This document shows positions 44,704 through 53,970 of a DNA stretch of 55,575 bases, piece by piece. The notes beneath the pieces were generated by a model. The model did no database searches. It was not told where the DNA came from and saw only the letters and a list, made by a program, of their open reading frames with translations. Made by a program: the position numbers and the translations under genes. Every line of letters begins with the position of its first letter. The first letter of the stretch is position 1. The stretch comes from Actinomycetota bacterium (GTDB lineage: Bacteria > Actinomycetota > Acidimicrobiia > Acidimicrobiales > CADCSY01), in NCBI GenBank assembly GCA_016781105.1, contig JADDRA010000109.1:1-55575 (forward strand), in the 5' to 3' direction.

Positions 44704-46428
44704 TCAGCCCAGTGACTCGTCGATGAGGATGCCCCGCCCGTCGCAGGTGGGGCAGGCCCTCGACAGCGACTCCACCAGCCCCTCGCCGATGCGCTTGCGG
44801 GTCATCTGTACCAGGCCCAGCTCGGAGACCTCGAAGACCTGCGTGCGGGTCTTGTCCCGGGCCAGGGCGTCCCGGAAGACCCGCATGAGGTCGTCCCGGT
44901 TGCCCTTCTCCTCCATGTCTACGAAGTCGACGACGATGATGCCGCCGATGTCGCGCAACCGCAGCTGGTGGGCGATCTCCTCGGCCGCCTCCAGGTTGTT
45001 GCGGTAGACCGTCTCCTCCAGGCTCGAGCGACCGACGTTGCGCCCGGTGTTGACGTCGATCACCGTCAGCGCCTCCGTGCGCTCGATGACGAGCGAGCCC
45101 CCCGAGGGCAGCCACACCTTGCGGTCGAGGGCCTTGTGGAGCTGCTCGTGCACGTGGTGGTGCTCGAACAGCGGGAGCGGCTCACGGCCGGGGTCGTAGT
45201 ACTCGACGCGGTCGGACAGCTCGGGGGCGATGGAGGCCACGTAGTCGTGCACCTCCTCGAACAGCTCTCGGTCGTCGATGACCACCCCCCGGTAGGACGG
45301 GTTGAACTCCTCGCGGATCACCCGCACGGCCATGTTGGGCTCACGATGCAGGCGGGCGGGCGCCGACGAGGTCCGGGCCAGCTCGCCGATCCGTTCCCAC
45401 TGGCGGAGCAGGTGGCCGAGGTCCCGCTGGAGCTCACCGGCGGTGGCGCCCGCCGCCGCGGTGCGCACGATGACGCCGTGCCCGTCGGGCTTGACCCGGT
45501 CGAGGATGGCCCGCAGGCGCTTGCGCTCCTCGTCGAAGAGGCGCTTGGAGATCCCGTAGGTCGCCGAACCGGGGATGAGCACCAGGAAGCGCCCGGGCAG
45601 GGAGATCTCCTGGGTCAGGCGCGCCCCCTTGTGGCCGATGGGGTTCTTGGTGACCTGGCACACGACCGACTGGCGAGGGCGCAGGATCTGCTCGATGCGG
45701 GGCGGGGCGGACTCCTCGATGTCCTCGGCGTCGTACTGGACGTCGCTGCGGTAGAGCACCGCGTTCTTGGGGGCGCCGATGTCGATGAAGGCCGCCTCCA
45801 TGCCGGGCAGGACGTTCTGCACCCGGCCCAGGTAGATGTTGCCGTGGATCTGGGCCTCGTCGTCGTGGGCCACGTAGTGCTCGATGAGCATGCGGCCTTC
45901 GAGCACGGCGACCTGAGTGGAGGTGCCCGACGCGTGCACGCACATGAGGTAACGGCCCACCGGTCGGCCCCGACGCTCCCGACCCCGCCGGTGCTCGACG
46001 GCCTCGTCGTCAAGGGCGGTCTCCTCCGACACCGGAGCGGCTCCGGGCTCGGGGTCCCGAGACCGCCGGCGCCGACGCACCCGGGCCTCACCCGGCCCGG
46101 TGCCGCTGGGCAGGGACACGGCGCCGGGCTCGGGAGCAGTCGGAGCCGGGCGGGCCGGCGGCGCCGGCAGGCGGTCGCCGATGCGGGGTCGACGGCGCAC
46201 CAGGGCTCGCTCCGCCGCGGCCGGAGGGGGAGAGTGCTGCCGCCGGCGCTCGGGCAGCTCGTCGGGCTGGCGGTCGCCCTCAACGGCCTCGGCGGAGTCC
46301 TCCGGCGGTGACGGGTTCGGGGCGGTGGTCTCGCCGGGCGGCGGGGCCGTGGTCGGCGGGCTCGTAGTGGGGGGGGAGTCGCTCGAGGAGGCGCTCGGCC
46401 CCGGCGAGCGAGGTGGAGGCTGGTTCAT
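44704..46428 (-). CDS. rne: ribonuclease E/G family protein with Pro/Arg-rich N-terminal extension
   Basis: S1 domain GNIYLGRVQNVLPGMEAAFIDIG, DNase-I-like/5'-sensor region and Zn-link CPTCDGRG. The first 149 nt overlap the upstream ORF. An alternative start is GTG 46200. Confidence 0.85.
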   Translation of the reverse strand: MNQPPPRSPGPSASSSDSPPTTSPPTTAPPPGETTAPNPSPPEDSAEAVEGDRQPDELPERRRQHSPPPAAAERALVRRRPRIGDRLPAPPARPAPTAPEPGAVSLPSGTGPGEARVRRRRRSRDPEPGAAPVSEETALDDEAVEHRRGRERRGRPVGRYLMCVHASGTSTQVAVLEGRMLIEHYVAHDDEAQIHGNIYLGRVQNVLPGMEAAFIDIGAPKNAVLYRSDVQYDAEDIEESAPPRIEQILRPRQSVVCQVTKNPIGHKGARLTQEISLPGRFLVLIPGSATYGISKRLFDEERKRLRAILDRVKPDGHGVIVRTAAAGATAGELQRDLGHLLRQWERIGELARTSSAPARLHREPNMAVRVIREEFNPSYRGVVIDDRELFEEVHDYVASIAPELSDRVEYYDPGREPLPLFEHHHVHEQLHKALDRKVWLPSGGSLVIERTEALTVIDVNTGRNVGRSSLEETVYRNNLEAAEEIAHQLRLRDIGGIIVVDFVDMEEKGNRDDLMRVFRDALARDKTRTQVFEVSELGLVQMTRKRIGEGLVESLSRACPTCDGRGILIDESLG

Positions 46429-47170
46429 CAGGGGGATCCCTTTCGATGGTGCAGGACGGCGAGCCCGGGCCAGCGCGCCAGGCGCCAGGATCGACTGCCG
46501 CCGCCAGAGGCTCCTTCCGCCCGCGGTCGTGCCCGATCAGCTGGGCCACCCGCAGCACCCGCCCCTCGGACAGGGTTGGGCTGAGGGCGCCGAGGAGCTC
46601 GGCCGGACGCACGCTGCGGGGATGTACGGCCAGCTCGGCCTCGAGCTCGCACCCCCCGGGGACGGGACCGACCACGGCCAGGGACAGCACGGCCGGGCGC
46701 AGGTCGTCCGTGACCTCCCGTCCCTTGCGCTGGCGGCAGATGACCAGCTCGTCGGCCGCCAGGGCGGCGTCGACCAGCGTCCGGGCTCGTTCGACGTCGG
46801 CCCCGAGGGCCTCGATCCGCCACCGGCACGAGTCGACCTCCTCCTGGAGCGAGGCCTGGCCCGGCACCACCTCGGCGGCGGCCACCACGTCGATCCCCAC
46901 CGGCAGCTCGGGCGACAGCCGCGTGGGCAGGTCGGCCAACCCCACGGCGTCGAGTGGGCCGGCCAGCTCGACGTCGAGGTACTCGGCCAGCGACTCGTGC
47001 CCCGTCGACAGGGCCAGGCCGAACGACAGCTTGGGCCGGGGGCGGAAACCCTCGGTCAGGGCGACGGGCAGACCGGCCCGGCGTAGGCCCCGCTCCCACA
47101 TCCGGGCCACGTCCCGGTGGCTCGTGAACCGCACCTTGCCCAGCTTGGTGAAGCGCAGCCGCACCCTCAC
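46280..47170 (-). CDS. TIGR03936-type (DUF2344) radical-SAM-associated protein
   Basis: MRVRLRFTKLGKVRFTSHRDVARMWERGLRRAGLP...TEGFRPRPKLSFGLALSTGHES is the typical family N-terminus. The recognisable domain ends near residue 222, followed by a 74-codon tail. Confidence 0.75.
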   Translation of the reverse strand: MRVRLRFTKLGKVRFTSHRDVARMWERGLRRAGLPVALTEGFRPRPKLSFGLALSTGHESLAEYLDVELAGPLDAVGLADLPTRLSPELPVGIDVVAAAEVVPGQASLQEEVDSCRWRIEALGADVERARTLVDAALAADELVICRQRKGREVTDDLRPAVLSLAVVGPVPGGCELEAELAVHPRSVRPAELLGALSPTLSEGRVLRVAQLIGHDRGRKEPLAAAVDPGAWRAGPGSPSCTIERDPPDEPASTSLAGAERLLERLPPHYEPADHGPAARRDHRPEPVTAGGLRRGR

Positions 47171-47252
47171 CGGGCCTCCCTCGTCGGCTTTCTGGACGAT
47201 CGAGATGGCTGAGCCACACCAAGTGCCCAGAATCGGGCCCGGGTGGGGGTCA

Positions 47253-49202
47253 TCACCGGGCCAGCAGACGAACGGGGACGCCGGCGCCGGGCGCCGCGGC
47301 GGCTGTCAGGTCCTGGCCCGTGCCTTGGCTGCCGCCTGCCGGGGGCGTGGCCGAGGCCACCACGTGCTCGATGCTGTAGCCGGTGCAGGCCCCGCAGTCG
47401 TAGCACGGGGTCCAGCGGCAGTCGGGAAGCCCGACCTCGTCGAGGGCGTCGCGCCAGTCCTGCCACAGGAAGTCCTTGTGCAGGCCGGCCGAGAGGTGGT
47501 CCCAGGGCAGGACCTCGTCCTGGTGGCGGTGGCGGTAGACGATGTCCTCGGCCGAGAGACCGTGGGCGGCCAGGGCGTCGGTCCACAGACCGAGGTCGAA
47601 GTGCTCGGACCACTCCTGAAAGGTGCCCCCGGCCCGCCACACCGTCTCGATCACCGCGCCCATGCGCCGGTCGCCCCGGCTGGCCAGCCCCTCGACCAGG
47701 GTGGCCTTGGGGTCGTGCCACTTGAAGGCGACGGAGCGGTCGCGGCGAAGGCTGTCGCGCAGCAGCCACATCTTGCGCTGCAGCTCGGCGGCGGTGTTCT
47801 GGCCGAACCACTGGAAGGGGGTGAACGGCTTGGGCACGAAACCACCCACCGAGACCGTGACCGAGGCACCCCGGGTGTGGCGGCGGCCGATCTCGGTGCA
47901 GCGCCGGGCCAGCTCGGCGATCCCGAGGGTGTCCTCGTCGGTCTCGGTGGGCAGGCCGGTCATGAAGTACAGCTTCATGCGCCGCCAGCCCTGGGAGTAG
48001 GCCGACTCGACCGCGCCGTAGAGGTCGTCCTCGGCGATGAGCTTGTTGATGACCCGGCGCAGGCGCCAGGTTCCAGCCTCGGGGGCAAACGTGAGGCCGG
48101 TGCGACGGGCTCGCTGCAGCTCGGCAGCGATGCCCACGGTGAAGGCGTCGACCCGCAGCGAGGGAAGCGAGACCGAGACCTGGCCGCAGTTGGCCGGGTC
48201 GGCCACGGTGTCGGCCACCACCGACTCGATGCCGGAGAAGTCGGCCGTCGACAGAGAGGTGAGGGCGACCTCGTCGTAGCCGGTGCGACGCAGGCCCTCG
48301 CCCACCATGCGCCGCACCTGGTCCCGGGGGCGCTCACGCACCGGCCGGGTGATCATGCCCGCCTGGCAGAAGCGACAGCCCCGCGTGCAGCCCCGGAAGA
48401 CCTCCACGTTGAGCCGGTCGTGCACGACCTCGGTGAGGGGCACGAGCTGGCGCTTGGGGTAGGGCCAATCGCCCAGGTCGGCGATGGTGCGCTTCTCCAC
48501 CCGCTCGGGTACCTCGGGGAAGCGGGGGGTGACGGCCACCAGGCGGTCGCCGTCGTAGGCGACGTCGTACATCGAGGGGACGTAGACCCCTTCGACCGAG
48601 GCCAGGGTGCGCAGGAGCCGCTCCCGGGAGCCAGGGCTGCGCCCGCCCCGCTTCCAGTCGCCCACCCGCTCGGTGATCTCGGCCACCACCTCCTCGCCGT
48701 CGCCGAGCACGAAGAAGTCGACGAAGTCGGCCAGTGGCTCGGGGTTGTAGGTGCAGTGGCCGCCGGCACCGATCAGGGGGTGCTCGGGGCGGCGGTCGGC
48801 CGAGCGCACGGGCACGCCGGCCAGGTCGATGCAGTTGAGGACGTTGGTGTAGACCAGCTCGGCCGACAGGTTGAAGGCCACGATGTCGAAGTCGGCGGCA
48901 CCTCGGTGGGTGTCGACCGAGAACAGGGGCAGACCGTGGGCCCGCAGCAGCGCCTCGAGGTCGACCCAGGGGGCGTAGGTGCGCTCGGCCACGGCGTCGG
49001 GACGCTCGTTGAGGATCTCGTAGAGGATCTGCAGACCCTGGTTGGGCAGGCCGATCTCGTAGGTGTCGGGGTAGGCCAGCAGCCAGGCCACCTTGTGGGG
49101 GGCGTGCTGGGGCACCTGGGCACCGTCCTCGCAGCCGATGTAGCGGGCGGGCTTCTGCACCCGGGCCAGCAGCGGTTCGAGCCGGGGCCAGAGCGTCGAC
49201 AT
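47253..49202 (-). CDS. TIGR03960-type B12-binding-domain radical SAM protein
   Basis: KPARYIGCE..., CxxxCxxC cluster (RGCTRGCRFCQAG), 649 aa. Conserved partner gene lies directly downstream. Confidence 0.85.
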   Translation of the reverse strand: MSTLWPRLEPLLARVQKPARYIGCEDGAQVPQHAPHKVAWLLAYPDTYEIGLPNQGLQILYEILNERPDAVAERTYAPWVDLEALLRAHGLPLFSVDTHRGAADFDIVAFNLSAELVYTNVLNCIDLAGVPVRSADRRPEHPLIGAGGHCTYNPEPLADFVDFFVLGDGEEVVAEITERVGDWKRGGRSPGSRERLLRTLASVEGVYVPSMYDVAYDGDRLVAVTPRFPEVPERVEKRTIADLGDWPYPKRQLVPLTEVVHDRLNVEVFRGCTRGCRFCQAGMITRPVRERPRDQVRRMVGEGLRRTGYDEVALTSLSTADFSGIESVVADTVADPANCGQVSVSLPSLRVDAFTVGIAAELQRARRTGLTFAPEAGTWRLRRVINKLIAEDDLYGAVESAYSQGWRRMKLYFMTGLPTETDEDTLGIAELARRCTEIGRRHTRGASVTVSVGGFVPKPFTPFQWFGQNTAAELQRKMWLLRDSLRRDRSVAFKWHDPKATLVEGLASRGDRRMGAVIETVWRAGGTFQEWSEHFDLGLWTDALAAHGLSAEDIVYRHRHQDEVLPWDHLSAGLHKDFLWQDWRDALDEVGLPDCRWTPCYDCGACTGYSIEHVVASATPPAGGSQGTGQDLTAAAAPGAGVPVRLLAR

Positions 49203-49259
49203 GGTATGGCCGATCCTACCGGCCGCACCCGAGCCACCCGGAAGGGTGGCGCCCTCGCG

Positions 49260-49753
49260 TCACCCGAAGATGTCGGCCGCGGTGATGGCGAGGGTGTCGG
49301 GTCCGGGTTGGCGAACCTCCTCCCGAGCGGCGACGGCCAGGCGCACCTCGCCGGTCCCGACCAGGGCCGCCTTGCACAACAGGTCGGCCTCGATGCATCG
49401 AGCACATCCAGGGTGCGTGACGCGCGGTCGAGCCGCAGAGCAGGAGGTGGACCCCCCCGCCGGTGCGATCGAGGAAGGACGGGAGCACACCGGGAAGCTC
49501 CGAGGTCCGGAACCCCCCTGCAGGCACCGCCGTGGCTGCAGCCCGCGAGAGGAGCGCCAGCTCGCAACCCGCTGGGCGGCCGCCCGCCACGGGGACGATG
49601 CTCCTGCGCTCGCCCGCCAGGGCTTGGATGAGCCAGGTCTTGCCGACTCGACCGGCCCCAGACCAGGGCCAGGGCTGCGGAAGCGCTCTCGCACCAGCGC
49701 TGGAGGGCGGCCAGCTCCACCGCGCGGTTGACGAATCCGCCTGACACCGACAC
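49260..49753 (-). pseudogene. degraded fragment of an archaeal-ATPase/DUF234-type ATP-binding protein
   Basis: Recognisable pieces are scattered over three frames: FVNRAVELAALQRWCES..ALALVWG, then Walker A GRVGKTWLIQALAGE, then LPSFLDR...VHLLLCGST. The spacing is too short and the C-terminal two thirds are missing. Confidence 0.5.
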
Positions 49754-49822
49754 CTAGCAGGCGACACCTGCTGTCGCCTACGCGCATTGTCGAGAAAGGA
49801 TCTCGCCCAGCGGCCGTCGGGC

Positions 49823-51607
49823 TCAGCGCACCACGAGATCGTCGAAGCGAGCGCCGTCGTTGCGGGTGCCGAAGCCGACCTGGCCACCACCCCTGCAGGC
49901 GTCGGCGTCGACCCGGGCGACCTCGACACCGTTCAGCAGGACCCGGACGTCCGAGCCGGCCTTCTCGATGCCCACCTCGTAGGTCCGGTCGGCGCTGATC
50001 GACCGGGTGATGTCGGCCAGCTCACGCACCGCCCCGTCGTCGACGACGAAGATGCCGCTCGTCTCGTCGTCGTTGCTCTCGTTGAAGCTGGCGAAGCAGT
50101 AGTCGCCGGCGTCCTGGTAGGCGAAGAGGAAGGAGAAGTCGTTGAACCTGTTCCTGGTCCCGGTGGTCCGGGCCTCGGCGGTGAGGGTGAAGCTGGTGGA
50201 GAGCGCCGTCTCGTGCACCGAGATGTTCCCGTTGCCGGTCTCGGCCGCGGCGGCACCGACGAGGAGGTAGGCACCCCGCTTGACCCTCCAGGAGCCGCCC
50301 CGGACCACCGTGAAGTTCTCGGCCGAGCTCGAGAAGTCCTCGGAGATCCTCGGCTCCGACGTCTCCCCGGGAGGAGCGCTGGTCGTGGTGGTGCTCGTCG
50401 TCGAAGTGCTGGTGCTGCTCGTGGTCGACGAGGTGGTCGTCGACGTGCTGCTGGTGGTTGATGTGGTGGTGGGCGTCGACGTGCCCGTGGTGGAGGTGCT
50501 GGTGGTGCCCGACCCCCCCTCTCCGCAGGGCGCGTCGGCGTCGACCTCGGCCCGGTACGTGCCGATCACGTCACCACCGCCGTTGCCGGAGAACGTGTTT
50601 CCGCACAGCTTGCCCTGGGGGCTGGCCATGACCTTGAGGCCGGCGGTCTCGTTGTCCCGGAGCACGTTGTCGTACACGTCGTTGCCGATGCCGTCGGTGC
50701 GGGTGGCGCCCCCCAGGCGGATGCCGGCCCCCACGTTGCCGTAGACCTCGTTGTCCCGGAGCACGTTGTCGTTGCCCTGCACGTTCAGGCCGCCGGAGTT
50801 GGGGTCGCGCTGCCCCGTGCAGGTGTTGCCCTCGATGGTGTTGCCGGTCGACGCCTCCTTGATGTTGACGCACTCGGCGCCCTGGGTGTCGATCAAGTTG
50901 CCCCGGACCAGGTTGCCCCGGGACTCGTCTCGGTCGGAGGTCGGGTTCCGCCCGTCCTTGAGCTGGTCGTCGGCGGTGCCGATGTAGATGCCCTCCCCGT
51001 TCTTGTCGCCGCCACCGAAGCGGAAGTCCGCCACCCCACAGGTGCGGATGGTGTTGCCCACGAGCACGTTGTCCCGGGCGAAGTACCGCAGGCGGACGCA
51101 CTCACCGGCGGCGTTCTTGATGGTCATGCCCTCGACCCTCATGCCCTTGACGCCGGCGCGGGTCTCGGTTCCCTGGGCGTAGAGCAGCTTCTCCCGGTAG
51201 CCCGACGCCCGACTCGACGAACCGTGGAGCCCGTCGATGGTGAATCCCTCGAGCGTGTGATAGTCGTGGTTGACGTCCACCACATGGGAGCCGCCCCCGC
51301 CCTTCACCACGGCCGAGGAGGGCCCGGTGACCTTGATGGGTGCGTCGCTGGTTCCGTTGCGCTTGGTGCGGACGTCCTGGAGGTAGGTGCCGGGGGCCAG
51401 GTGCACGGTCGAGCCGGGCTGGGCGAGGTCGAGCGCCTTCTGGATCGTCCGCAAGGGTTCACGGTCATCGGTGCCGCTGTTGGTGTCGCTTCCCGACGGG
51501 CTGACGTAGTAGGAGGTTCTGCCGCCGGCGGCGAGGGAGGGCAGGGCGACGGCGGCCACCACGGCGACCACGAGCACGATCAGCGACGTATGCGATCCGG
51601 TCCGCAT
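49823..51607 (-). CDS. secreted right-handed parallel beta-helix protein with Ser/Thr-rich linker and C-terminal ConA/LamG-like domain
   Basis: Signal peptide, then the DUF1565-like start YYVSPSGSDTNSGTDDREPLRTIQKAL. Repeated NxxxGIxL-type coils (GAGIRLGG, ETAGLKV). A roughly 45-residue T/S run, then a roughly 170-aa beta-sandwich-like tail. Confidence 0.75.
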   Translation of the reverse strand: MRTGSHTSLIVLVVAVVAAVALPSLAAGGRTSYYVSPSGSDTNSGTDDREPLRTIQKALDLAQPGSTVHLAPGTYLQDVRTKRNGTSDAPIKVTGPSSAVVKGGGGSHVVDVNHDYHTLEGFTIDGLHGSSSRASGYREKLLYAQGTETRAGVKGMRVEGMTIKNAAGECVRLRYFARDNVLVGNTIRTCGVADFRFGGGDKNGEGIYIGTADDQLKDGRNPTSDRDESRGNLVRGNLIDTQGAECVNIKEASTGNTIEGNTCTGQRDPNSGGLNVQGNDNVLRDNEVYGNVGAGIRLGGATRTDGIGNDVYDNVLRDNETAGLKVMASPQGKLCGNTFSGNGGGDVIGTYRAEVDADAPCGEGGSGTTSTSTTGTSTPTTTSTTSSTSTTTSSTTSSTSTSTTSTTTTSAPPGETSEPRISEDFSSSAENFTVVRGGSWRVKRGAYLLVGAAAAETGNGNISVHETALSTSFTLTAEARTTGTRNRFNDFSFLFAYQDAGDYCFASFNESNDDETSGIFVVDDGAVRELADITRSISADRTYEVGIEKAGSDVRVLLNGVEVARVDADACRGGGQVGFGTRNDGARFDDLVVR

Positions 51608-51693
51608 GCGCGTCCTTCGGTCGACAGCAGCGACAGCTTGAGCCCCGGCGTCGGTGGGGAAGCAGGATCATGCCAGACTCGGGAGGCCTGTCG

Positions 51694-52746
51694 TCACCCG
51701 CGCTCGGAGCAGGACTGGGTCGGGTCGGCCTCGCCGTTGGTGGCGCCCTTGGCGTTCCCGCTGACCTCGTTGCCGCAGATCCTGGCCTGGGGGAACCGCT
51801 CGACCTTGAGCCCGTAGCCGGCGTTGCCGACCAGGCGGTTGTCCACCACCGAGTTGTCGACGCCGTCGTCGTCGTCATCGCCGCCGAGGCGGATGCCGGC
51901 GCCCGCGTGGTCGGTCGAGACGTTGGCCCGGAAGGTGGTCTCGTCGCCCCGGGACGAGAACCCGGCGCCGTCGGGGTCCTGGCTCCCGGTGCAGACGTTG
52001 GCCTCCACCAGCGTGCCGAGTGAGCCCTCCTTGATGTCGACACACTCCGCCAGCACGTGCAGCTCGTTGCCGATGATGCGGTTCCTCGCCGTCGCCTCCG
52101 CCCCCGGCGCCTCCCCATCGAGCTGCTCGGGGGCCACCCCGATGTAGACCCCCTCGCCGTTCTTGCGGTCGGCGTCGAGTTCGAAGTCCCTCGTCCCGCA
52201 GCGCTCGATCCGGTTGCGAGCGACCTCGTTGTCGCTGGCTCCGTCCCTGAGGCGGACGCACTCGCTGCCGGCGTCGTGCAGGGTGTTGTCGAAGATCCGG
52301 ACACCGCTGGCCCCGGCCACCCGGATCAGGACGTCGCCATCGGCGACGTCGAAGCCCTCGAGGCTGACCTGGTCGTGGGCGATCTCGACCACGACGCCGC
52401 CGCCGGGACCGCGGAGGCGGGCGTCGCGGCCGACGATGCGGATGGGAGCACCGGGGGTGCCGGGGTGGCGGGTGGCGAAGGGCGGATAGTCCCCCGGTCC
52501 CACCCGGACCTCGTCGCCCGGCCCGGCTGCGTCCAAGGCCTGCTCGATGCCGGGGTAGGGGCGCACCTCGCTTCCGTCTCCCGGCGAGGCCGCTGCAGCC
52601 GAGACATGGAGCACCCGGCGGCTCGGCTCCTTCCCAGGGCGGAGGACGCCGACGACCAGCACCGCCCCGACCACGACGACGACCACCGCGACCGCCCCCA
52701 GCAGTCCGGCCCGGCGGCCACGGTCCGAGCGGCGCTCCGCTCCCAC
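51694..52746 (-). CDS. membrane-anchored parallel beta-helix protein, paralogue of the neighbouring gene's N-terminal domain
   Basis: N-terminal TM segment (LLGAVAVVVVVVGAVLVVGVL). Shares ECVRLR, NGEG(I/V)YIG, ECV(N/D)IKE, N(T/V)CTG and GAGIRLGG blocks with 49823..51607. GTG 52746 chosen as start. Confidence 0.7.
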   Translation of the reverse strand: MGAERRSDRGRRAGLLGAVAVVVVVVGAVLVVGVLRPGKEPSRRVLHVSAAAASPGDGSEVRPYPGIEQALDAAGPGDEVRVGPGDYPPFATRHPGTPGAPIRIVGRDARLRGPGGGVVVEIAHDQVSLEGFDVADGDVLIRVAGASGVRIFDNTLHDAGSECVRLRDGASDNEVARNRIERCGTRDFELDADRKNGEGVYIGVAPEQLDGEAPGAEATARNRIIGNELHVLAECVDIKEGSLGTLVEANVCTGSQDPDGAGFSSRGDETTFRANVSTDHAGAGIRLGGDDDDDGVDNSVVDNRLVGNAGYGLKVERFPQARICGNEVSGNAKGATNGEADPTQSCSERG

Positions 52747-52935
52747 GCCCGGCGTCCCGATGGCCCAACGGTAGCGGTGGCCAGGGCCGCGACGACCGAG
52801 AGCCCGGTTGCAAGGGCGGGTGCGGGCCACTAGACACGTGGGAGCACTGGCCGACGCTCGCGACTCGGTTCCATCAGTGCGGAGTTCACGGCGGGCGTTT
52901 CGTCGCGCCCTCGGGGAAGGCAAGGAGAGCGGCGG

Positions 52936-53925
52936 ATGGCGGCAGTGGCGATCGTAGGCGCAGGCGTGGTGGGCACCGCCTCCGGCAAGGGGCTGGCCTC
53001 GCAGGGCCACCGGGTGAGCTTCGTCGACATCGACCAGCAACGCCTGGAGGCGCTGCGAGCCGAGGGCTACGAGGCCAGTGACCACCTCGAGCTGCCCGAC
53101 GAGCCGACCTTCATCTTCCTGACCCTTCCCACGCCGCATCGAGGCGACCGCTACGACTTCACGGCGCTGACCGAGGGGACCAAGGCCGTCGGGGCGGCGT
53201 TGGGTCGCTCCTCTGGGTTCCACACCATCGTGCTGCGCTCCACCACGGCTCCGGGCACCTGTGAGGGCGTGGTCCGCCCCGCCCTGGAGGAGGCGTCGGG
53301 GAAGCGGGAGGGTGAGGGCTTCGCCCTCGGGGTGAGCCCGGAGTTCCTGCGGGCCGCCACCGCGCTGGAGGACTTCCTGGCCCCGGCGATGACCGTGATC
53401 GGCTCGCGCAGCCCGCGCACCGTGAAGGCCCTGGTGGAGCTGTTCCGCCCGTTCGGAGGGGCGGTCCGCACCTTCGACGATCCGGCCCAGGCCGAGCTGG
53501 TGAAGTGCGCCCACAACCTGTTCAACGCGACCAAGATCAGCTTCTGGAACGAGCTGTGGTTGGTCGCCCGCTACCTCGGGCTCAACAGCGACGAGGTGGC
53601 GGCCACCGTCGCCCTGTCGGCCGAGGGATCGACCAACCCCCAGTACGGCATCCGGGGTGGTGCCCCCTACGGCGGGGTGTGTCTGCCCAAGGACACCGTC
53701 GGGTTCCTCGGCTTCGCCACCCAGCTCGGCCTCCAGATGCCCCTGCTCAGCGCCGTCATCGAGGTCAACGAGACCATGAGCCGAGAGGTGACCCAGGAGC
53801 TCACCCAGGTCACCGACCACGTCGGGGAGCTGCTGGGCGCCGACGCGAACGAGGGAGACCTGGAGACCTTGGTCGACCTCGTCGCCGAAGCAAATGTGCT
53901 GGCGTCGAGAAACCAGTCCGGGTGA
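52936..53925 (+). CDS. UDP-glucose/GDP-mannose dehydrogenase-family protein lacking the C-terminal UDP-binding domain
   Basis: AIVGAGVVGTASG Rossmann motif and catalytic-Cys motif GGVCLPKD. Only about 75 residues follow the Cys, so the protein is 329 aa. AAGGAG lies upstream of the ATG. Confidence 0.75.
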   Translation: MAAVAIVGAGVVGTASGKGLASQGHRVSFVDIDQQRLEALRAEGYEASDHLELPDEPTFIFLTLPTPHRGDRYDFTALTEGTKAVGAALGRSSGFHTIVLRSTTAPGTCEGVVRPALEEASGKREGEGFALGVSPEFLRAATALEDFLAPAMTVIGSRSPRTVKALVELFRPFGGAVRTFDDPAQAELVKCAHNLFNATKISFWNELWLVARYLGLNSDEVAATVALSAEGSTNPQYGIRGGAPYGGVCLPKDTVGFLGFATQLGLQMPLLSAVIEVNETMSREVTQELTQVTDHVGELLGADANEGDLETLVDLVAEANVLASRNQSG

Positions 53926-53970
53926 TCAGCGCCACCCCGGTGGCCATCCCCCCACGCCTGTCGACTGACC

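Noticed and set aside
50380-50510. A repetitive GTGGTG/GCTGCT-rich stretch.
   Set aside because: It is the coding sequence of the Thr/Ser-rich linker of the beta-helix protein on the minus strand and is not a separate repeat element.
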